A DNA stretch of 63,099 nt, the filler included, from a candidate division NPL-UPA2 bacterium Unc8 (GTDB taxonomy: Bacteria > NPL-UPA2), in the NCBI GenBank assembly GCA_003574845.1. It is 4 parts of 4 records of this genome, joined end to end, with 100 filler letters (N's around TTAATTAATTAA, not from the genome) between each part and the next. Parts side by side here need not be neighbours in the genome. Positions count along the whole stretch, not along the records: positions 49,121 to 61,379 come from NDHY01000018.1; 3 more parts are not named here. One strand, written 5' to 3'. This document shows positions 50,922-59,636 of the stretch, one piece after another. The translations under genes were made by a program, and so were the position numbers. Numbering within the stretch: position 1 is the first letter of the stretch; every line of letters starts with the position of its first letter. The notes below the pieces were generated by a model that had not been told where the DNA came from, did not search any database, and saw nothing but the letters and a program-made list of their open reading frames with translations.

Positions 50922-52232
50922 ATGAAAAGAAATGATGTTAGTGATGTTATGGTAAAAATAGTCTCACTTTGCAAGCGGCGGGGATATATCTTTCAGTCAA
51001 GTGAGATATATGACGGACTGGCAAGCTGCTGGGACTATGGTCCTTTGGGAGTGGAACTAAAAAGAAATATCAAGGGCCTGTGGTGGAGAGCAATGACGCA
51101 GCTACGCAGTGATATAGAAGGACTGGATGCAAGCATTATGATGCATCCTAATGTGTGGGAGGCATCAGGTCACCTAAAAGGATTTACCGACCTGCTTGCA
51201 GATTGCAAAGACTGTAAGCACCGCTTTAAAGTTACTGAGACCCAGGAGAACAGGACATGCCCTGATTGTGGCGGCGAGCTGACAGAGGCAAGACATTTTA
51301 ATCTAATGTTCAAGACTCACATGGGGCCCGTAGAAAAGAAGGGAACAATCATCTATCTTCGCCCGGAAACTGCACAGGGAATTTATGTTAACTTCCTGAA
51401 TGTTCAGGCAGTATCCCGCCGCAAACTTCCATTTGGTATTGCTCAAATTGGCAAGGCTTTTCGCAATGAGATTACACCGGGAAATTTCATATTTCGCACC
51501 CGGGAATTTGAGCAGATGGAAATGCAGTACTTCGTGAAAAAGAATGAGGCTGAGGAATGGCTGGAGAGCTGGAAAGAAGAGCGGATGAGGTGGTATCACA
51601 CACTTGGAATAAAAGCCTCAGCGTTACGGCTTCATAAGCACACACAAGATGAACTCCCCCACTACGCATCCTGCGCCTACGACATAGAGCATAAGTTCCC
51701 GTTCGGATGGCAGGAGTTAGAAGGGATTCATAACCGCACAGATTACGACCTGACGCGTCACAGCAAACATTCAGGAAAGGACCTTTCTTATTTTGAGACA
51801 GAATCAAAAGAGAGATTTATTCCATACATTATTGAGACCTCAGCTGGGGTGGATCGGACGCTCCTTGCCTGCCTGACTGATGCCTACGCTGAAGAAGAAG
51901 ACAGAGTGGTATTACGACTTTCTCCGCAGATAGCACCGATAAAGGTAGGAATTTTTCCACTGGTTAAGCGGGATGGAATGCCTGAGATTGCCCAAAAAAT
52001 TGAGGAAACATTGCGTCCGCACTTCAAAGTCTTCTACGATGAAGTTAGTTCGGTCGGGCGGCGTTATCGCCGCCAGGATGAGATTGGCACTCCATACTGT
52101 GTGACCGTAGATTCAGAAACTTTAAAAAACAATACCGTAACTTTAAGAGAAAGGGACAGTATGATACAGATAAGGTTAAGGATAAATGAGGTAATAGAGA
52201 AAGCTAAGAAGCTAATTGGTGGAGAAATTTAG
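50922..52232 (+). CDS. glyQS: Glycine--tRNA ligase, homodimeric type
   Basis: LCKRRG, WDYGPLG, LRPETAQG, FRNEITP, REFEQME, RRYRRQDEIGTP. Confidence 0.97.
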   Translation: MKRNDVSDVMVKIVSLCKRRGYIFQSSEIYDGLASCWDYGPLGVELKRNIKGLWWRAMTQLRSDIEGLDASIMMHPNVWEASGHLKGFTDLLADCKDCKHRFKVTETQENRTCPDCGGELTEARHFNLMFKTHMGPVEKKGTIIYLRPETAQGIYVNFLNVQAVSRRKLPFGIAQIGKAFRNEITPGNFIFRTREFEQMEMQYFVKKNEAEEWLESWKEERMRWYHTLGIKASALRLHKHTQDELPHYASCAYDIEHKFPFGWQELEGIHNRTDYDLTRHSKHSGKDLSYFETESKERFIPYIIETSAGVDRTLLACLTDAYAEEEDRVVLRLSPQIAPIKVGIFPLVKRDGMPEIAQKIEETLRPHFKVFYDEVSSVGRRYRRQDEIGTPYCVTVDSETLKNNTVTLRERDSMIQIRLRINEVIEKAKKLIGGEI

Positions 52233-52288
52233 ATTTTAGATTTTAGGTCTCAGGTTTTATTAGTATTAGAAGAAAGGAATTGAGCTAA

Positions 52289-54988
52289 ATGAAAAAAAAC
52301 ATATATCTCTTTGGACCTGGTATGGGAGAAGGAAACGCCGGAATGAAGGAACTTTTAGGTGGGAAAGGAGCAAATCTTGCCGAGATGTCCAATTTAGGGA
52401 TACCCGTTCCTCCCGGATTTACGATTACAACAGAGGTCTGTACTTACTATGTGCAACACCGAAAATATCCTTCTGATTTAGGAAATGAAGTTGAACAAGC
52501 ACTAAAACGCGTAGAAAAAGCGATGGGAGCAAAGTTTGGCGACCCGGAGAGTCCCCTTCTTCTATCTGTCCGCTCTGGAGCAAGAGCATCAATGCCAGGA
52601 ATGATGGAAACCATACTTAATGTTGGCATTACTGAGGAAACCATTCCCGGACTCATCAAAAAAAGCGGGAATGAACGATTTGTCTACGATGCCTACCGAC
52701 GTCTGATTATGATGTATTCCGATGTCGTTCTTGAGAAAGCACAGGGGATAGACCCGGAAGAGCATGGCATCAGAAAGCAGTTTGAAAGGGAAATAGAGGA
52801 GACAAAGAAAAGAAAAGGGCTAAAAGATGATACCGAGCTAAGCACTGAAGACCTCCGGCAACTTTGCCAAACATTCAAAGCAAAACTTAAAGAAGTATTA
52901 AAAGTTGATTTCCCTGGTGACCCGACTGAGCAACTGTGGGAAAGCATCAGAGCAGTATTTAAATCCTGGATGGGAAAGAGAGCAATCTCTTATCGCAACA
53001 TTGAAGACATTCCTGATGATTGGGGAACAGCAGTGAATGTGCAGGCAATGGTGTTTGGCAATATGGGAGAAAACAGTGCCACCGGTGTTGCTTTTACAAG
53101 GGACCCTGCAACAGGAGATAAGATTTTCTATGGCGAGTTTCTCCCTAATGCTCAGGGAGAAGATGTCGTAGCAGGAATCAGGACGCCACAACCGCTGAAT
53201 GAGGCAACAAAAGCCGTCTTAGCAAATGAGCTTTCATCTATGGAAGAAACGATGCCTCAAATCTATGAGGAGCTTAATAGCTTACAGAAAAAGTTGGAGA
53301 CCCATTATCGCGATATGCAGGATATTGAATTTACCGTCCAGGAAGGAAAACTTTTTATTCTTCAGACCCGGACAGGAAAACGCGGTGGAGCCGCTGCTAT
53401 CAAAATTGCGGTAGATATGTGTGAAGAAGGATTAATATCCCAGAAAGAAGCGCTGTTGCAGGTAAAACCGGAACAGATTAGTGATCTTCTCCACCCAATG
53501 GTCTCACCCAAAGCTGAAAGAACAGCAACAAAACTCGCTGATGGCTTGCCGGCAGGACCAGGAGGCGCCGTCGGGCAGATTGTTTTTACTGCTGACGATG
53601 CCGAAACCCAGTCAAAGGAAGGAAAAAAAGTCATTCTCGTACGCGCTGAGACCAGCCCGGAGGATGTGCACGGGATGCACGTAGCTGAGGGAGTCCTCAC
53701 CTCTACAGGGGGAATAACAAGTCATGCTGCCTTAGTAGCAAGAGGATGGGGCAAGTGCTGCATTGTTGGCTGTAGTGCACTTAACATTGATGTAAGTACG
53801 CGCACAGTCAAAGTTGGCGGAAAAACCCTGAAAGAAGGAGACTGGATTACACTCAATGGAACAAAAGGAACGGTCTATGCGGAAACGCTTCCTCTATTTC
53901 CAGCCGACCCGGAAAAAAATCTTTCTTACAAGAAACTTATGATATGGGCAGATGAGATTAGAGGGCTTAAGGTGAGAGCGAACGCCGACACATCTGAAGA
54001 TGCTAAATTGTCAAGAAAATTCGGCGCCGTTGGTATTGGACTCTGCCGTACTGAACATATGTTTTTCGGGCCTGAAAGAATCAAATTAGTACGGGAAATG
54101 ATATTAGCTGATAACAAAGAAATGCGTCAGAAGGCGTTAGGAAAGCTGCTCCCTTACCAAAAAGAAGATTTCATTATGATCTTCAGGGCAATGAACGGTA
54201 TGCCGGTTACCATTCGCACCCTTGACCCGCCATTACATGAATTTCTACCCCACAATAAGTCTGCTCAGGCGGAAATGGCAAAACAGATGAGAATTTCTCC
54301 GGAGGCACTCAGGGAAAAAGTAGAACTTCTTTCAGAAGTAAATCCAATGTTAGGACACCGGGGATGCCGATTAGGAATCACTTACCCGGAGATAACAGAA
54401 ATGCAGGTACAGGCAATTATGGAAGCCGCCTGCGAACTCACCAAAAAAGGTATCAAGGTTCTTCCGGAGATAATGATCCCACTGGTGGGAACAAAGGAAG
54501 AGCTTCATAACCAGAGAGAAATTGTAGTAAGAATTGCCGAAGTTACAAAGAAAAAATATGGTGTGGATGTGAACTATTTAATAGGGACAATGATTGAGAT
54601 TCCGCGCGCTGCAGTAGTCGCCGATGAAATTGCTGAGTTCGCAGATTTTTTCTCCTTTGGAACAAATGACCTCACTCAGTTGACATTTGGTTATAGCCGT
54701 GACGATGTAGTAAAATTCTTACCTGATTATCTTGAAAACAAGATTCTTGCCAATGACCCATTTCAGACAATTGACAGGAAAGGAGTAGGGGAACTGATGA
54801 AAATTGGTATTCAGCGCGGACGCTTAAAGAAACCAAATCTTAAAATTGGTATCTGTGGTGAACATGGTGGAGACCCGAAATCAATTGCCTTTTGCCACCA
54901 GATTGGAATAGACTATGTCAGTTGTTCTACATATCGCATCCCAATTGCACGACTCACGGCAGCACAAGCCAACATAAATAGTCAGTAA
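52289..54988 (+). CDS. ppdK: Pyruvate, phosphate dikinase
   Basis: GGKGANL, SVRSGA..SMPGMM, GEDVVAG, GITSHAA phospho-His, GLCRTEHM, SFGTNDLTQ, GICGEHGG. Confidence 0.98.
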   Translation: MKKNIYLFGPGMGEGNAGMKELLGGKGANLAEMSNLGIPVPPGFTITTEVCTYYVQHRKYPSDLGNEVEQALKRVEKAMGAKFGDPESPLLLSVRSGARASMPGMMETILNVGITEETIPGLIKKSGNERFVYDAYRRLIMMYSDVVLEKAQGIDPEEHGIRKQFEREIEETKKRKGLKDDTELSTEDLRQLCQTFKAKLKEVLKVDFPGDPTEQLWESIRAVFKSWMGKRAISYRNIEDIPDDWGTAVNVQAMVFGNMGENSATGVAFTRDPATGDKIFYGEFLPNAQGEDVVAGIRTPQPLNEATKAVLANELSSMEETMPQIYEELNSLQKKLETHYRDMQDIEFTVQEGKLFILQTRTGKRGGAAAIKIAVDMCEEGLISQKEALLQVKPEQISDLLHPMVSPKAERTATKLADGLPAGPGGAVGQIVFTADDAETQSKEGKKVILVRAETSPEDVHGMHVAEGVLTSTGGITSHAALVARGWGKCCIVGCSALNIDVSTRTVKVGGKTLKEGDWITLNGTKGTVYAETLPLFPADPEKNLSYKKLMIWADEIRGLKVRANADTSEDAKLSRKFGAVGIGLCRTEHMFFGPERIKLVREMILADNKEMRQKALGKLLPYQKEDFIMIFRAMNGMPVTIRTLDPPLHEFLPHNKSAQAEMAKQMRISPEALREKVELLSEVNPMLGHRGCRLGITYPEITEMQVQAIMEAACELTKKGIKVLPEIMIPLVGTKEELHNQREIVVRIAEVTKKKYGVDVNYLIGTMIEIPRAAVVADEIAEFADFFSFGTNDLTQLTFGYSRDDVVKFLPDYLENKILANDPFQTIDRKGVGELMKIGIQRGRLKKPNLKIGICGEHGGDPKSIAFCHQIGIDYVSCSTYRIPIARLTAAQANINSQ

Positions 54989-55007
54989 AAAGGTTCAGGA
55001 AAAAAGG

Positions 55008-55787
55008 ATGACAAACGGGGTAAAAGAATTTCCAATATTACGAATTAACAGGGAAAGCAGACAGGAAATTAAAGATAAACTTGCTCAGGAATATGCTTTT
55101 ACCATCATTTTGAACAACCAGGAATTGGTAACACTGCTCTGCTCTCCGATGAATTTGAAGTATTTGGCTGTTGGTTTTCTTTTCTCCGAAGGCTTTGTAA
55201 AAAATAAAGAAGAAGTTAAGAAAATGACACTTAATGAACAAAGAGGCGTGGCATATATGGAAACCAGTGAGACGATAGAGCCTGCCAGAGATTTATTTAA
55301 ACGGCTCATAACCTCAAGTTGTGGAAGAGGAGTTACTTTTTATAGCACTGCTGACGCTCAGAGCGCAGCAAGGGTAAGCTCCCGGATGAAAATATCAGCT
55401 AACGAGGTTTTTGCACTAATAAATGAATTCCAACTTCGTTCTCGTATATATAGAGAAACGGGTGGGGTTCACGGCTCCGCCCTGTGTGATACAAAGAACA
55501 TTTTAGTCTTTAGCGAAGATATAGGAAGACACAATGCCATTGATAAAGTCTTCGGTGAGTGTATCTTGAAAAACATATCGGTAGCTGACAGAATAATAAT
55601 TACCAGTGGCAGGATTTCTTCGGAAGCTCTACTTAAAGTAGTTAGAAGAAACATATCTATAGTTGCCTCTATATCCGCTGCCACCGACATGGCAGTAAAT
55701 TTAGCTGCTGATTTAGGCGTGACCCTTATTGGATTTGTCAGGGGAAGGAGAATGAATGTTTATACCAACAGCTGGAGAGTATCTTGA
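55008..55787 (+). CDS. fdhD: Formate dehydrogenase accessory sulfurtransferase FdhD
   Basis: LAVGFLFSEG, SSCG, TGGVH, EDIGRHNAIDK, SGRISSE, LIGFVRG. Confidence 0.95.
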   Translation: MTNGVKEFPILRINRESRQEIKDKLAQEYAFTIILNNQELVTLLCSPMNLKYLAVGFLFSEGFVKNKEEVKKMTLNEQRGVAYMETSETIEPARDLFKRLITSSCGRGVTFYSTADAQSAARVSSRMKISANEVFALINEFQLRSRIYRETGGVHGSALCDTKNILVFSEDIGRHNAIDKVFGECILKNISVADRIIITSGRISSEALLKVVRRNISIVASISAATDMAVNLAADLGVTLIGFVRGRRMNVYTNSWRVS

Positions 55788-56710
55788 TAGAAGCGAATCA
55801 GCACAATGCTGAATTAATAGAACGCATTCTGCGCCTCAAGAGACAAAGGAATGCCATCATTCTGGCTCATAACTATCAACTTGGCGAGGTTCAGGACATT
55901 GCCGATTTTGTGGGTGATTCTCTTGGGCTGAGTCGGACCGCAGCCAAAACTGAGGCTGATGTAGTTGTATTTTGCGGTGTGCACTTTATGGCAGAGATCG
56001 TCTCCATCCTTTGTCCGGACAAAATATCTTTGCTTCCTGATGCAAATGCTGGCTGCCCCATGGCTGATATGATTACTGCTGAGCGCTTGCGAGAGGAGAA
56101 AAAGCATCATCCAGGAGCAACAGTAGTCTGTTATATCAATTCCAGTGCTGCAGTTAAGGCAGAATCAGACATTTGCTGCACCTCTGCCAATGCAGTCAGG
56201 GTCGTTGAAAGTTTAGATGCCGAAGAGATATTATTTATCCCCGATCAATACCTGAGTCATTATATTTCCACCAAAGTTAGAAAGCGGATAATCCCCTGGC
56301 CCGGCTTTTGCTCTACCCACATCAGAATACAGCCACAGGATATCATTACATTAAGGCAAGAGCACACACAAGCTAAGGTGCTCATTCATCCAGAGTGTAG
56401 ACCGGAAGTAATCGCCCTCGCTGATGAAGTCTTAAGCACTGGTGGAATGTGCAGGTTTGCCAATGAGACTGAGACCAGGGAGCTAATCATAGGAACAGAG
56501 ATTGGAATAATACACAGACTGAGAAAAGAGAATCATGATAAGAAATTTATCCCGGCTTCTGACCAGGCAATCTGCCCAAGAATGAAACTAATTACACTGG
56601 AAAACATCCTCTGGGCACTGGAAGAGATGACTACAGAGATTAAAGTTCCAGAAGAAGTCCGCCTTAAAGCTAAAGCCGCTGTAGATAAGATGTTAGAGAG
56701 TAGCATTTGA
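55784..56710 (+). CDS. nadA: Quinolinate synthase
   Basis: LAHNYQ, GDSL, FCGVHFMAE, AGCPMA, YINS, HPEC, CPRMK. Confidence 0.97.
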   Translation: MIEANQHNAELIERILRLKRQRNAIILAHNYQLGEVQDIADFVGDSLGLSRTAAKTEADVVVFCGVHFMAEIVSILCPDKISLLPDANAGCPMADMITAERLREEKKHHPGATVVCYINSSAAVKAESDICCTSANAVRVVESLDAEEILFIPDQYLSHYISTKVRKRIIPWPGFCSTHIRIQPQDIITLRQEHTQAKVLIHPECRPEVIALADEVLSTGGMCRFANETETRELIIGTEIGIIHRLRKENHDKKFIPASDQAICPRMKLITLENILWALEEMTTEIKVPEEVRLKAKAAVDKMLESSI

Positions 56711-56778
56711 AGACACAAAGTGGCAACTGAAGGCTGAAGGCTGAAACATTTAGAGTTTAGAATTTATTTACTGGTAAG
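56710..56778. repeat. Short composite repeat block between nadA and iscS
   Basis: ACACAAAG, CTGAAGG x2-3, TTTAGA(G/A) x2, ACTGGTAA modules. Confidence 0.65.
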
Positions 56779-56781
56779 TAA

Positions 56782-57948
56782 ATGAGACGGATATATCTTG
56801 ATTATGCGGCTACTACGCCGACGCATCCTGAGGTGGTAAAGGCAATGCTCCCCTACTTTACTGATGTCTTCGGTAATCCGTCAAGCATCTATTCCTATGG
56901 GCAAGAGGCAAAAGGGGCTATAGAAGAGGCGAGGAGCAAGGTTGCCGACCTTATTGGTGCCCAGAGCGAGGAGTTGGTCTTTACCAGCGGGGGGACCGAG
57001 GCAGATAACTTTGCCATAAAGGGTGTTGCTTATACTAACGAGCATAAGGGGAATCACATCATTACCACTCCCATTGAACACCATGCCGGGATGGAGACGT
57101 GCAAGTCCTTAGAGAGGAGGGGGGTCAGGGTAACCTACCTCCCGGTAGATGAGCATGGCTTAGTTGACCCTGACAATGTCAGAAGGGCTATCACCGATAA
57201 AACCATCCTTATTTCGGTAATGCATGCCAACAACGAAATGGGCACCATAGAGCCGATAGCTGAGATAGGTAAGATTGCCAGAGAAGCAAGAATCTATTTT
57301 CATACTGACGCGGTGCAGACGGTAGGGCATATCCCGGTAGATGTGAATGAACTGGGGGTGGATTTACTCTCTATGTCAGCACACAAGTTGTATGGCCCCA
57401 AGGGGGTTGGAGCACTGTATGTCAGAGGAGGCACCAAACTACTTCCCTTTATGCACGGAGGGGAGCAGGAGCGGAGGCGGCGGGCGAGCACTGAGAATGT
57501 CCCCGGAATTGTGGGCTTTGGCAGAGCGATAGAGCTCGCCAAACAGGAAATGGATGAGGAAGCGGAGCGGCTGACTTATCTTCGTGACCAGCTCATTAAA
57601 GGTCTCCTGGAGCGAATTGACCACATCCGCCTAAATGGTCATCTCACAAAAAGGCTGCTCAACAATGTCAATGTAAGCGTTGATTTCGTAGAAGGGGAAT
57701 CAATGCTCCTAAATCTTGACCTGGAGGGCATTTGTGCTTCTACCGGCTCAGCCTGTAGTTCATCAAGCCTTGAGCCATCTTATGTGTTGCTTGCGCTGGG
57801 CCTATCTCCAGAGCTTGCACACGGCTCCTTGCGCTTTACCCTCGGTCGAGAGAATACCTCTAAAGATATAGACTACGTTTTAGAGGTTCTGCCAAAAATC
57901 GTCGCCAAATTGCGAGCTATGTCGCCGCTTTTGAAAAGCCGTAGATAG
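56782..57948 (+). CDS. iscS: Cysteine desulfurase (IscS/NifS)
   Basis: [31 protein letters not shown]. Confidence 0.96.
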   Translation: MRRIYLDYAATTPTHPEVVKAMLPYFTDVFGNPSSIYSYGQEAKGAIEEARSKVADLIGAQSEELVFTSGGTEADNFAIKGVAYTNEHKGNHIITTPIEHHAGMETCKSLERRGVRVTYLPVDEHGLVDPDNVRRAITDKTILISVMHANNEMGTIEPIAEIGKIAREARIYFHTDAVQTVGHIPVDVNELGVDLLSMSAHKLYGPKGVGALYVRGGTKLLPFMHGGEQERRRRASTENVPGIVGFGRAIELAKQEMDEEAERLTYLRDQLIKGLLERIDHIRLNGHLTKRLLNNVNVSVDFVEGESMLLNLDLEGICASTGSACSSSSLEPSYVLLALGLSPELAHGSLRFTLGRENTSKDIDYVLEVLPKIVAKLRAMSPLLKSRR

Positions 57949-57959
57949 AAGAGGAAAAC

Positions 57960-58394
57960 ATGCGTGATGTCTTGTCGCTATATAGTGAGAAGGTGATGGA
58001 GCACTTCAAGAACCCGAGGAATGTGGGGGAGATAGAAAATCCCGATGGCATCGGACATGTGGGCAACCCGGTGTGCGGTGATATAATGGAGCTTTACATC
58101 AAGGTCAAGGATGAAGTCATCGTGGATGCCAAGTTCAAGACTTTCGGATGCGGCGCCGCGATTGCCACCTCAAGCATGGTGACGGAGTTGGTGAAGGGAA
58201 AGACTGTGGAGGGGGCACTCAAAATCTCTAACCATGCTGTGGCAGAAGCACTGGGCGGACTTCCACCTATAAAGATGCATTGTTCACTTCTTGCTGAGGA
58301 AGCGCTTAAATCAGCTATTGAGGATTACCTAACTAAAAGCAAAAAGGGGAAGGCACGAAGGCACAAAGAAAATGCAAAGTGCAAAATACAGTGA
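57960..58394 (+). CDS. iscU: Fe-S scaffold protein (IscU/NifU N-terminal type)
   Basis: YSEKVMEHF, GNPVCGD, FGCGAAIA, LPPIKMHC; tail encoded by repeat modules. Confidence 0.95.
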   Translation: MRDVLSLYSEKVMEHFKNPRNVGEIENPDGIGHVGNPVCGDIMELYIKVKDEVIVDAKFKTFGCGAAIATSSMVTELVKGKTVEGALKISNHAVAEALGGLPPIKMHCSLLAEEALKSAIEDYLTKSKKGKARRHKENAKCKIQ

Positions 58395-58422
58395 TTAGTG
58401 ATTGGCGACCAGTTACCAACAG

Positions 58423-58485
58423 AGTAGCGGTGCGACCCCGATTTGCATCGGGGCATGCTTATCGCACATTGTTTCTGAAGGCTGA
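58423..58485 (+). repeat. 63-bp dispersed palindromic repeat, copy 2, within a composite block spanning about 58350-58520
   Basis: One mismatch to 48776-48838. Confidence 0.9.
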
Positions 58486-58518
58486 ATGCTGAAGGCTGTT
58501 AAACTGGTGACTGGTGCT

Positions 58519-59442
58519 CTAATATCGGGCGGCGCCAACAAGCTCGGCTATATCTTCTATCCCCTCTTTTTTCATGAATTGCTCTATTCCCTCTAAAATA
58601 TCAAGTGGCGCTCTGGGATTAGTAAAGATAGCTGTGCCGACCTGAACAGCACTTGCCCCGGCCATTATAAACTCTATGGCATCGCTGGCGGTAGTGATGC
58701 CGCCGCAACCGATGACTGGCACATCTACCGCACCAGCTACTTTATATACCATATGTAATGCCACCGGCTTTATCGCTGGTCCAGATAGACCTCCGATTAT
58801 GTTGCCTAATAAGGGTCTACGCATAATTATATCTATAGCCATACCTCTAAGCGTGTTGATTAAGGATATAGCATCGGCACCGGCTTCAGCCACCGCCATA
58901 GCTATCTCAGCTATATCACTGGTGTTTATGGTTAGCTTGACCAATACCGGCAGGGAGGTAGCTGTTTTGACGGCGGCGGTTACTTCGGCGGCTGATTTGG
59001 GATTGGCTCCAAACTCAGCCCCGCCAGCTTTAATATTGGGGCAACTGATATTTACTTCAATAGCCCTAATTCCAGCTACTCCATCCAGTTCATTAGCTAT
59101 CCTGGCATATTCGTCAATGGTCTCGCCGGCAATATTAACAATGACCGGCACCTGCCAGCTTGCCCAGAGCGGCGCTTTTTCTTTAATCAAGGCGTTAACA
59201 CCAATATTCTGTAGCCCAATTGAATTGAGCAGTCCAGAGGCTGTTTCAACTATTCGTGGCTGAGGGTTACCATCCTTATGATTAAGGGTAGTTCCTTTGC
59301 ATACGATAGCCCCTAACTTTTGAATATCAAATAAACGGCTATACTCTGTGCCATAACCAAAGGTGCCCGATGCCGTCATCACCGGGTTGGTTAGTAGTAA
59401 ACCCTGTTTATTTTTTGGAGCCAATTGAACTGAAAGATTCAT
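58519..59442 (-). CDS. pyrD: Dihydroorotate dehydrogenase, family 1B catalytic subunit
   Basis: ASGTFGYG, GNPQPR, NSIGLQN, NISCPN, GGLSGPAIKP, GCGGI. Confidence 0.96.
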   Translation of the reverse strand: MNLSVQLAPKNKQGLLLTNPVMTASGTFGYGTEYSRLFDIQKLGAIVCKGTTLNHKDGNPQPRIVETASGLLNSIGLQNIGVNALIKEKAPLWASWQVPVIVNIAGETIDEYARIANELDGVAGIRAIEVNISCPNIKAGGAEFGANPKSAAEVTAAVKTATSLPVLVKLTINTSDIAEIAMAVAEAGADAISLINTLRGMAIDIIMRRPLLGNIIGGLSGPAIKPVALHMVYKVAGAVDVPVIGCGGITTASDAIEFIMAGASAVQVGTAIFTNPRAPLDILEGIEQFMKKEGIEDIAELVGAARY

Positions 59443-59632
59443 CGCCTCTGTGCCTCTCTAATAGCTTTCAGCATTCAGCTGTCAGCTATCAGCTTTCCAA
59501 TTTTCAATTTTCAATTTCTAATTTTCAATTTTGCATTGTAATTTTGAGTTTTGAGTTTGTTTCGAGTTTCGAGTTTAGAGTTTAGTATTTAGAGTTTAAG
59601 CTTCTCTGTGTGGAGTGTGGAGACCTGACCCC
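59443..59632. repeat. Composite short-repeat block between murJ and pyrD, ending in a GTGTGGAGACCTGACCCC copy
   Basis: TTCAGC, TTTTCAA, TTT(T/C/A)GAG heptads; 59527-59547 is the exact reverse complement of 24184-24204. Confidence 0.88.
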
Positions 59633-59636
59633 TCTA

